DNA of 64,000 bases from Geosiphon pyriformis uo1 (Eukaryota; Fungi; Glomeromycota). Position 1 is the stretch's first letter; each line of letters starts with the position of its first letter. A model generated the notes under the pieces. That model searched no databases. It was given only the letters and a program-made list of their open reading frames with translations, and was not told where the DNA came from. The position numbers and the translations under genes are program-made. Where the stretch lies: positions 503,538-567,537 of the forward strand of contig JAAOMT010000128.1 in NCBI GenBank assembly GCA_016748015.1, in the 5' to 3' direction. Shown in pieces: positions 50,529-61,673 of the stretch.

Positions 50529-51825
50529 AGTAAATTGTGTGGTAGCAGTCAAAGAGAAGAAAAGTTTTTTTTTTGATCATTTTGATCTGCCAGAACCAAC
50601 TATACAAAAGAAACAGAAAAGATTCTGACCACCCCCAAAGAGTCATAAAATTTGAAGAAAGAGAAATTGTGATCTATAACATGCACACTAATTATTAGCT
50701 GGACACTTTGGAAAAACAAAAACAATTCAGAAAACTCTAGCTCACTATTATTAGCCTACCTTGAGAAAAGACATTGCTGAGTACATTAAAACCTGTAATA
50801 CCTGCCAAAGAAGAGGAAAACCCAATAGAAAAGAAGATATCCATCCAATCTCTGTTGGCCAACTATTTGACAGAATTGGTATAGATGTTGTTGGACCCTT
50901 AACAATAATCCCTAATGGCAACAGATACATTATCACAGCTACTGACTATCTTACAAAGTGGGTAAAAGCAAGAGCCACTTTAGACCAAACAGCAGTCTCA
51001 ATAGCCAATTTTATTTATGAAGATATCATCTGCCATCATGGCTGTTCCAGAGAACTTTTATCTGATAGAGGAAAAGCTTTTCTCAGTACACTGGTTGAAG
51101 AACTTTGTAGAAAAATGGGAATACATCACAAACTTTTCTTCCCTTATCGCCCCCAAACAAATGGCTTAGTGGAATGTTTTAATAGAACACTATATGAAAC
51201 TCTAGCCAAAACAAGTGAAGAAACAAACTTATGGGACAAAGTACTGCCTTCAGCTTTGTTTGCTTATAGAACTGTGAATCATGACATAACAAGTTATGAA
51301 CTTTTTTATCTGCTCTATGGATGAATAAAAACACTATTCATAGAAACTGATATTGAGACAATACTCTTTGAAGAGATCACAATAGGGAATTACAAAGACA
51401 TTTTGCAAAAGAGACTTAGTATCATTCTTGACTCATTGGTAGAAGCACGAATAGTTGCTTTTGAAAAGATAAAACAGTTTCAAGAAAAGCTTAAAAAGAA
51501 GAAAACCTATAAAACACTTTCTTTAGGTGTTAGTGACTTGGTACTAGAATACCGTTTTGACAAAGACAATGTCTATGGTGATAAATTCTCTAGCTGATGG
51601 AAAGGACTCTTTATGGTCAACAAAGTTTTGAACAATGATTCTTATATTCTTTAAGATCAATCTGGAACAATCTTTAATAATCGACCTGTTCATGGCATGC
51701 AACTTAAAAAATATCACAAACAACCTAATTGGTTGTTTGTTGTGATAATACCAACTCAAATAATCAACAAAAATTAAGTATAAATAAATGCATCATTCCC
51801 AAAACAGAGGTATTTTCAAATCGAC

Positions 51826-52482
51826 ATGAGCAATTATTTTCTGGATCAAAACATTCAAAATGCCTTTTATACTCTCCATAAGTATTGGATTAAAAACTAT
51901 CCAAATGCTACTTTGACCATTGGAAAACAGACCACTATAACTGATAGTAATGGAACACATACTGTTATTAGACCAAAGAAAACAACTACCAGAAGAAAAA
52001 AAATTGGTAGCAAAATGGATAAATATCTACTAGAAAGTATAACAGCAGCAATACTCATATCTTCCATCACACTTGAAAAAACAATTAAAAAAATCTTACC
52101 TATAGACAAAAACTTGTCATATGGAAGACAACTAGAGCTCTATAGTCACCTTGGTAAAATCATAGATGACATGAAGCTCATGAAAAAAACAACTTCAGAG
52201 ATACAGGCAGAAATTTTGGGCATTATACGATTAGATGTTCTAAGAGTTTTAACCATTGCTAGAAGAGCCAAAACTCTAATACAAAGATTTGGTCTTTTGG
52301 ATACAAAACTCATTTCACCTCAAGTATTATACACCCTATCTACAAAAAACTTCAATAAATTAGTTAGCTTTGAGTTAGATAAAACTCTTCAAATAGATTA
52401 CACTATAAATAGCTTGATTTTGCCGGAGCTCAATCTCTTTAGAGAGGATAATGTTATGGTTGAAACCTATACTTCTTATTAA
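51826..52482 (+). CDS. Family-B ORF3, intact 218-aa protein of unknown function
   Basis: Uninterrupted ATG-to-stop ORF between IN and the 3' LTR; five homologues in the window. Confidence 0.8.
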   Translation: MSNYFLDQNIQNAFYTLHKYWIKNYPNATLTIGKQTTITDSNGTHTVIRPKKTTTRRKKIGSKMDKYLLESITAAILISSITLEKTIKKILPIDKNLSYGRQLELYSHLGKIIDDMKLMKKTTSEIQAEILGIIRLDVLRVLTIARRAKTLIQRFGLLDTKLISPQVLYTLSTKNFNKLVSFELDKTLQIDYTINSLILPELNLFREDNVMVETYTSY

Positions 52483-53116
52483 TTATCACATGTATTAGCC
52501 ACTGATGTTATATGATTAGCCACACTATTTTTAGAAAGTAATCATTGACCTGATCATTGACCTAGTTATTAATCTGATCATTGACCACTTTTGATAACTA
52601 TATAAGTGATGAATCTCTTAGCTATAGAAAAACATGTAATAACAAGCATCTGAATAATCAAGAATAAATAAAATAACAACTTTCATCTCAATCTTTCTCT
52701 TATCGCTAATTTCTCTTTCCCTACCTTCAAGTATCTGAACATCTTAAAGATAAAAGATTACTTGTTGGCCTTTTCCTGACATATATAATTGTAGCATTTG
52801 AAGATTATTTGAATAAACATGACTGAAAAGCATAAGTTGATACCTGATATTGAATTCTAAGAGTGCCGATGTGAGGCATAAAATTATACCAGTGGTGATC
52901 AATTGTTGACAGTACAGACTATCCCTCTACCTTCAGATTCCCCAGTTATCTTTGAAAAGAATAGTGACTGAAATATTTTATGAGACTGATCTCGCACATT
53001 GAATCCATACTCATTCAATTCACTCTTTAAAGTTGAATTCCCCTTTGATTATTTTCATTACTTTACAATTTTGTTCTCTCTTGCTATCCATTAGCTTGTT
53101 ACTCCAACCTGTAACA
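52452..53116 (+). repeat. Family-B 3' LTR
   Basis: PPT upstream; TGTTAT..GTAACA termini. Confidence 0.93.
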
Positions 53117-56100
53117 GTATATTACAATTTCTCTTTCTTCAAATCTGATGACTCTTTGGAGGTGGTCAGGATCTTTTTTGTTTCTTTTGTATAATTGGTT
53201 CTGGCAGATCAAATAGAAATTTAATTGTTTTCACAAATGTTTTCTTTGCTGTCAAGTGTATTCTGATGAGTATTGTCCTTTACCCAAAAATTCCATTAAG
53301 ACAGAGTAGTTGTCCAAGTCCATTATCATGTTTGGATTCATCTCTACTTGCCAGAATTCAGCAGTTAAATCAATAGTTGAGAAGAAAGCAGCACCATTGA
53401 ATTTATCTAGCATTGCATTAATTTTGGAGAGTGGGTACATGTCTCTTATAGTGATGGCATTTAATTGGCAGTAGTCAACACAGAAGCATAGGGTTCTACC
53501 TTTCTTGAATACCACTACAACTGGGAAAGCCCATTCACTCTTGGTTTCTTGTATGAATCCAAGATCTTTCATTCAGTTTATCTCTTTTTTGATGAACTTA
53601 TCATTGCATCTATTGGATTGATAAGGCTTCAAATGGATGGGGCAAGTTTCTTTAGTGATGATGGTGTGTTGTATCACATTGGTTTGTCTAGGTGTATCAC
53701 CTTCTTTTGAGATAACTGGACTATTTCTAGTCAACAGATTTTCAATGTTCATTTTTCTTTCTTTAGAGGAAGGTTCTCTTTGTTTTATAACTAGTGATTG
53801 GATTTTAGGTGGTTTACTCTCAAAGGACTTCTGTATTTCTTTTAGTTCTTCTCTGGGTATCAAGCTAATTGGTTCCCAATCTTTGTAATAGATTAGGCAG
53901 AATTTGCATTCATCACTTGGTGAATACAAAGATTTATTACACTTGCATTGTGCACAAGGGCCATGCCACCAATAACTGTATTTTGCTTTCTTGCCAGGTT
54001 TTTTGTCAAAGATTCTTTTAAGGATATTATAGTAAGGCCAGCAGATCAGCTTGCCATTTACCATGATTCCTTCTTTGTCAGCTTTAATATTATCCAGTGG
54101 CTTGCAATTGCTGGTGAAGATGGTATAGGCAAGTTCAGCAGTTTCTTCTTGTTCTTTTTGATCTTCATCATCACTCTCATCATCATCTGATTCATCTGAT
54201 TGTTCTTCTTCTTGGTTTTGCTTGAGTACTGGAGGAGTTGTCCAATGACAGCACTTAATCACAATGGGCTTTTCACCACATCTGATGGTTAGCTCACAAA
54301 GCTCATAATCAAGTAGTGTTTTAGCTTTCTTAAGCCATTTATTACCAACAATTATGGTGTACTCTTTTGCTTCAAATACTTCCATGTCAGTTTCAATGCT
54401 GATATCATTGATGTGGACAGGAATAGCTTTGGCTATGCCCAGGCCTTTCTTTTTGTTACCATGTACATTGGTCATTGGTCTTGTGGAAGGCTTATCAATC
54501 TTTCTGCCAATTGCTTCAAGAAAGTGTTTGGCAATTACACTAACAGATGATCCACTATTTAGGATCAGATCAATAAAGTAACCAGCCACTTGGACTTTAC
54601 AAATCAGAGGGGTGACATTGCTGTTATCAGCAAGTCCAGCTTGGCAAGGGCATTTGTTGGTCTTTGGTGTTTTTTCTTTGGTATCCATCACTTCAAAAAG
54701 CCCAAAGATTTTTAATAACAGACCAGTCAACAAGTTGGTCTTTCTTGTTCCCACCACTCCCACTACTACTTCTACTACTACTGTTTCACAAATGGCTGTG
54801 AAAGCAAAAAATTCTAAAAAACAGCAGCAGGCAGTCATAACTGCTATGGTCACACTAAACTCCATTGTGGTTCCAGATGAGATCTTTGGTAAGATTTCCA
54901 CAGTAGCAGCCAGCCCTCTTTCTGATATGGATGGCAACAGCAGCAGCACATCTCCCAAGATGGGCCAAGATCAACCACTGGCTGTGTTGCCTGATGTGGT
55001 ACTCTCTGGCAGATCATCACCAATCCCAGTAGCAAAACAGCCCATTAATCTAGATGATCTCAAAGATTGGGCTGATTAGATAAAAATGAAATCAACTGTC
55101 CCTCCCCCAGTTTCTGGTGCTGCTGATGGTGGTGCTTGGGAGAATGTGAATGGTCATCAGAGATTCTCTGGTTGAGTGGCCTCCAATCTAGTACCTGGTA
55201 CTACATTTAAGATCAAAATGGCCCTGCTTGGTTTCTTGTTTCAGTTACTGCCTGGTTGTATTGGGCTTAAGTCAGTTTTATGAGATATTGTTAAGTTGTT
55301 CTATGTGGAATTTGCATTTCAGGAGAGCCTAAATGGTGCCACCAAAGTGGCCATCAGTGATGAGGTTTTTTTGACCACTCTTAAGATTGCACAGTCTTCT
55401 GGTGTGGCCTTTGTTTCTTCCTCTTCCTTGTCAGTTGTACTGCACAATGTACCTTTGGGTACTTCTTTTGATGACATTAAAACTGCTCTTGGCATTTTTG
55501 GTGTTGTCACTTCTGTTAAGTTGAAGCCTGCTGGCTTATGGCAATATGCTGTGGTTAATTTTAAGGACATTTTTTCTGCTGCTGCTGCTCTCTCTAACTG
55601 GTCTGTATTGGTCAAAAAAGATAGTGTTAGGATTCTTCCCATTACCAACCAAAAGAGGTTATCTCCTCTAGAGATGCATTCAAAGCTAAGTTAGTCAATC
55701 TTCTATTTGGCTGTACTGCCTTTGAGATAAGTAATTTGGTCTCCCAAGTTGGTGGCTGTACATGTTTTATTTCTCACTTCTCTGAATCTTATCAATGTCA
55801 ACGCTTTGCTGTGGTTATCTTTGATTCTTTGGAATCTCTGAATGTCACTGTGTCAAAAACTGGTACCTTGCATAGTTGTCGCATTTGGTGGGAAACTCTT
55901 GGGTGTCACTGCTGCTATAGGTGTCAAAACTTGAATCATTTGGCTATAGACTGCAATAAGTTGCCTTCTCTTCCACTTAAACTCCCTTTCAACACCTTTG
56001 ACAGCCCCAAAAATTTCAAATCTTCATTTGTTGGATCTAAATTTTATGCCAAGGCTGCTGCTTTTTTGGTTCCTTCTGGTGTTGCTGCTGCTGATATGGA

Positions 56101-59100
56101 CTTAAATCTTGGTGGTCCTCCCAAAACTGCGACACTCATGTTGCCTGCTGTCTCTTTTGTTCCCAATTCTGCTGTTAAATCTAGGTTGGCTTCTCTTGAA
56201 TCCCATCTTAGTGAACTATCTGTGTTGATAAAATCTTTAGTTGAACCTGTCAGTGCTCTGGTTGCATTGGTTACCAAATTGCTGTCTACTCCATCTGCAG
56301 TGGATGTGTCAGTTAAGGAATATGTGGATGGATTGACTAAGCAAAATAAAAACTTGGCTGCTGTTGCTACCATGATGCAGAAAAGAATGACATGCCTTGA
56401 GAAAATATGTAAACAGGCCTGCTTGGAAGATGGATTAGATGGTGATAACATAATTGATGATGTTGATAATGATGATAACACCTTCAATGTCATGATGCAA
56501 CTATGGGAAGATCAGTCTTCCAAAATCAAATCCAGTCCAAATCAGACTGCTAAGTGGATGAATGGTATGGTTAAAAATAATTATGAGCTTGTTAGTATTA
56601 TGGGTAAGATGTATGAATTAGATATGTTTGATACATTAGGTAGCAAAGGTAGTACTAGTGTATAGTTAGGGCTTTCTGCTTGTGGTTAGCTGTATCTTGT
56701 GATTTTTATATTATTGGGTAAGCTGGCTTTGTGAAACTGCCACATTACTGTGACTTAACTAATAAATGACCAGTGTAGCTACATGTTAACATAAAAAAAA
56801 AAAAAGTATGGGTGATTATTCATATCTGCCACAACAATCAGAACACTTTGAAGCACACAACAAAAACAATCTAGACTTTATTGAACTCAATCCTTTGCTC
56901 TTCTGGTTGATTTGCTTTTCCATTAAAGAACAATCCAGCAGACAATTCCAAGACTTTTGGAACTAGTTCCTGAACAAGCATTCAGCTGAAACTTACACAG
57001 CTTATACAATCTATTACTTTGACCAAGCTTATTTTGAAGACAACTTTGAAGAAAAAAACAACAGTATCAATCAGCTTTTGTATTCTACAACCTTTGAACA
57101 ACAGCCTCCTGATTTCGAATATCTGAATCATCAAATCCACATTTGGATTGCTGCCCATCAAGCAACTGAAACTCCCTTTGAAACAGAAGAAGAAAGCTAC
57201 CAAACTGCTCCTGTTTTTGACCTTTTATCAAGTAAATTAGACTCATCTACACAAACAGTTACCCCTGAACCAATGGCTAATAACCCCATACAAGCAAACA
57301 TTCTGGCCGCCCTTCAAGGTATACAAACTGCTCTAGAAAGAAAAAACAATACCCCACTATCACTATTTAGAGGTGATACACAAAATCCAATTGAATGGTT
57401 GGATGATTTTGAAAGAGCTGCCACAGCCAACCAATATGATAAAGAATACAAGTTCCAAATCATTGGTGGTTATCTTCAAGACTCTCCTGCTATCTGGTTC
57501 TTACAAGAAACAGATGCCAATGCTCAACACTGAATAATCAGATAGACACCAACCAATGCTGAAGAAGAAAATACCTTTTTTACTATCCAGTTTGAGACCA
57601 AGTTCAGAACCCCAATATTAATATCCAAATGGCACATGGAATTGGAAAAAAGAACCTAAGGCCCTGGTAAGGTTGTGACAGAATATGCCAAAGCAATAAG
57701 AAAACTCATTAAATGGGTAGACTCTAGAAGAAATTAGACAGAAGAGCAGAAAATACATTTCTTCACAAAAAGACTGAGAACTGATCTATCATATGCTCTT
57801 TGGCCCCTTCTGGCCTTGAAAGATAATCTTACAATAGATATGGCCATTGAACTTATTCAGAGAATAGAAGACAATCAAAGGATGCACCTAGGATTCACAC
57901 TTCCAGTTTTTGCTTCTGCTCTTGTTATGATTCCTGCTTTTCAAATGACTGCTACTTCTTTTGCTGCCCAAACTCAAGACCCAAATGAACAGTTAATAGA
58001 TAGACTTACAGCTAATTTTGCCCAGCTATTAAAACCATTAGCCCAAGCAGTCAGAGACAACCAGCAACTCCAAAGATCCAGATTTGAACCCCACTTCAAT
58101 CAGCCCCAGCAACCACTATATCAAAGACAACAAAATTGTGGCCCACCTGTGTGCTATCACTGTGGACTAACTGGACACTTTTCCAGAGACTGTAACAATC
58201 CTCCATTGTCTCCTCCAGCTCCCAGAAATAATGACACCCAGAATAACAGATCCAACAATAATAATGTTCCTAATTAAAGACCCAATCATGCCAACATTAA
58301 TTTCTTTGAAGAAGATCCCTTAGTTGAAGCTACTGTTTATCAGCCTTTAAACTGGTAGGCACACCTTCAAAGGGTAAGAGTACAAGCCAACTAGAAGAAA
58401 ACCCCTTTTATGCTTTTAACCTAACTGATGATGATCATAATATGGATGAACTAACTATCAACATCTTTAAATCAACCAGAAAGAAGAAGAAAGCCAAGGT
58501 TGATTTCGTTTTAGACCCAAACAAAGTGTCCAAATCATCTACTGATAACAATGAACTGCCAAAGGCTAAGGTTTTTAAAAATCCCTCAAAGTTGGAACTC
58601 CCAAAAATTGTATAAAAATCTGGACCCTATTTTGTTGTCAAAAACCTCATGAAAACTTCTGCACACATTACATTTGGCCAACTGATGACTCATCCATAGT
58701 TCAGAGTGTGTCTTTTGGAAAGAACTTTGACTGGAGAAGAACAACCAGCCAAAGGTGAAGAAAATGAACCAGAAGCCACTAAAGGCAGCTTATTACTAGT
58801 ATTTTTCAAAGGAAATGTTGCCAGAACGTTTTGTCTAGTTGCTTCAATAACAGAGAGACCCTTTCATGTTAAAACTTTATTAATTACTATAGAAAAAGTA
58901 ATGTTTACAACTTTTTTATTCTTAGCTCTATTCATGGTCATGAAAATTAGGAGAGAAAAAGTTTAATTAACAATGATATTTTAATTAATAATCACCCATA
59001 CAATAAGAAACAAAGTGGAATTTGACAACCTCACAGGAAGCACTACTTTTATGTTATAGATTGGAGTAATAAGCTAATGGATAGCAAGGGAGAACAGGAT

Positions 59101-59727
59101 TGTAGGGTAATAGAAATAATCAAAGAGAATTCAACTTCAAAGAGCAAATTAAATAAGTATGGATTCAATATGCAAGATCAGTCTCATAAAATATCTCAGT
59201 TGCTATTCTTTTCAAAAGGTAACTGGTGAATCTGAAAGTAAAGGAATAGTCCATACTGTCAACAAATGATCACACTTGGTATAATTCTATGTCTCATGTC
59301 GATGTTCTTAAAATTCAATATCAAGTATCAAATATGCTCTTCAGTCACATTTTATTTAATAATCTTTAAATGCTACACTTATATGTTTCAGGAAAAGGGT
59401 AAAAATTAACCAACAAGTAATCTTTTATCTCAAGATGTTTGGATATTTGAAGGTAGAGAAAAAGAAATTAATAATAAGAAAATGATTAAGATAAAAGTTG
59501 TTATTTTATTTATTCTTGATTATTTTGAACATGCTTTTCTACAGCTAAGAGATTTATTCCTTATATAGCTGTCAAAAGTGGTCAATGATTAGGTCAATGA
59601 TCAGGTCAATGGTCAGATTATTGATCAGATCAATAATTACTATCTAAAAATAGTATGGCTAATTTATATGACATCAGTGGCTAATACATGTGATAATTAA
59701 TAAAAAGTATAAGTTTCAACTGTAACA
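53117..59727 (-). mobile_element. Family-B copy 4, rearranged (5' LTR 59052-59727; internal ~4-kb inversion; RT/RH deletion; 3' end lost)
   Basis: LTR + PBS on -, gag on + (56806-58705), PR-RT on - (54685-53330), jump from RT to the IN start near 53330. Confidence 0.85.
54684..56805 (+). mobile_element. ORF1-only element copy 4 (body); its 5' end lies at 58704-58964 on -
   Basis: Poly(A) to 56805; 15-bp TSD GTATGGGTGATTATT at 56806-56820, with its reverse complement at 58987-59001. Confidence 0.9.
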
Positions 59728-60907
59728 GTAGTAAAATGGATAAATATCTGTTGGAAAGTATAACAGCAGCTATACTTCCACCTTCCAACACAATTGGAAA
59801 AACACTCCAAGAAATCTTACTTATAGACAAAAACTTGTTATATAGAAAGCAATTAAAACTCTATGGTCATCTTGGTAAAATCATAGAGGATATGAAACTC
59901 ATGAAGAAAACAACTTCAGAGATACAGGCAGAAATTTTGGACATTATACAGTTAAATGTCTTAAGAGTTTTAACTATTGCTAAAAGAGCCAAAACTCTAA
60001 TACAAAGATTTGGTCTCTTAAATACAAAACTTATTTCACTTTAAGTGCTATATACTTTATCCACAAAAAACTTCAACAAACTAGTTAGCTTTGAGTTAGA
60101 TAAAACCCTTCAAATAGATTACTCTATGAATAGCTTGATTTCACCGAAGCTTAATTTCTTTGGAGAGGATAATGTTATGGTTGAAATTTATACTTCTTAT
60201 TAATTATTACATGTATTAGCCACTGATGTCATATAAATTAGCCACACTATTTTTAGATAGTAATCATTAACCTGATTAATAACCTGACTGTTGACCTGAT
60301 CATTGATCTAATCAATAACCTGATCATTGATCTGACCATTGACCTGATTATTGACCTAGTCATTGATCTGATCATTGACCACTTTTGACAGCTATATAAG
60401 TGATGAATCTCTTAGCTGTAGAAAAACATGTTCAAAATAATCAAAAATAAATAAAATAACAACTTTCATTTTAATCATTTTCTTATCACTAAATTCTCTT
60501 TCTCTACCTTCAAGTATCCAAACATCTTGGGATAAAAGAGTACTTGTTGGTTATTTTTTACCTTTTTCCTGAAACATATATATGTAGCATTTGAAGATTA
60601 TTGAATAAAATGTGACTAAAAAGCACATCTGATACTTGATATTGAATTCTAAGAGCATTAACATGAGACATAGAATTATACCAAGTGTGATTATTTGTTG
60701 ACAGTACAAAATATTCCTCTACCTTCAGATTCTCTGGTTATCTTTGAAAAGTATAGTGACTAAGATATTTTATGAGACTGATCTTACACATTGAATCTAT
60801 ACTTATTCAATTCGCTCTTTGAAGTTGAAATCCTTTTGATTCCTTTCATTACCCTACAATCCTGTTTTCCCTTGCTATCTGTTAGCTTGTTACTCCAACC
60901 TGTAACA
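59728..60907 (+). mobile_element. Family-B 3' fragment (partial ORF3, PPT, LTR 60173-60907)
   Basis: MDKYLLESITAAIL.. and a complete LTR. Confidence 0.9.
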
Positions 60908-61587
60908 GTACAACTAACAAAGGAGAAAAAGAAACAGAGACCACACCAGAAGACTGTGCAATTTTAAGTGTGGTCAGAAAAACTTCATCATTAATAACCA
61001 CTTTAGTGGTGCCATTTAGAATCTCTTGAGAATCAAATTCCACATAAAACAACTTAACAGAATCTTTTGAAACAGACTTAAACCCAATACAACCAGGCAG
61101 CAATTAAACAAGCAATTAAGCAGAGCTATTTTGATCTTAAATGTAGTACCAGATACTAGATTGGAGATTATCTAACCAGAAAACCTTTGATAACCATTCA
61201 CATTCTTCCAAGCACTACTATCAGCAACACCAGAAACTGGAGAAAAAGCAGTTGATTTCATTTCCATCTGATCAGCCCAATCTTTAAGATCATCTGAAAT
61301 AATAGACTGTTTTGCTTTTAAAATTGGCAATAATTTGCCAAAGAGTACCACATTAAACAACATGGCCAGTGGTTGATCTTGGTCTATCTTAAGAAATATG
61401 CTGCTGCTATTGTCATTCATATCAGGAAAAAGACTGGCTGTTGCTGTGAAGATCTTACTCAAGATCTCATTTGGAACTACATAGGAATTCAGTGTTACCA
61501 AAGCAGTTGTGAGTGCCAGCTGCTGTTTTTTGGAATTTTTGGCTTTCATGACCATTTGTAAAGCAGTAGTAATAGTAGTAGTAGTGG
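60908..61587 (-). mobile_element. ORF1-only element internal fragment
   Basis: MKAKNSKKQQ..LKDWADQMEM..LPGCIG homology. Confidence 0.85.
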
Positions 61588-61673
61588 AAAAAAAACTCTT
61601 TCTCTCTTAATATTCATAACCATGACTGAAGCTAAGAGCAAAAAAGTTGCAAACAGTACTTTTTCTATAGTGT
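61588..61673 (+). mobile_element. 5' stub of another ORF1-only element
   Basis: AAAAACTCTTTCTCTC..GCTAAGAGCAAAAAAGTTGCAAAC matches 39245-39325. Confidence 0.8.

Larger units (their letters stand above)
43211..50574 (-). mobile_element. LINE copy 2, ~7.4 kb, 5'-complete, no TSD
   Basis: Poly(A) 43211-43227; same organisation as copy 1. Confidence 0.95.
42102..53116 (+). mobile_element. Family-B copy 3 (PBS, gag 42154-43210, deletion + LINE, IN ~50580-51783, ORF3, 3' LTR 52452-53116)
   Basis: Shares its 5' LTR with copy 1; late gag, PR, RT and RH are absent. Confidence 0.85.

Noticed and set aside
51826-52482. ORF3 as an envelope gene
   Set aside because: It is too short and has no visible signal peptide or transmembrane segment.
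11740-53120. GTAT on both sides of the three-LTR unit as a true TSD
   Set aside because: The left flank is family-A integrase and the right flank is family-B integrase, so they do not rejoin. The match is better explained by target-site bias.
53573-54958. 461-aa ORF as a novel fusion protease
   Set aside because: It is chance read-through across the inversion breakpoint, from antisense ORF1-only sequence into pol.
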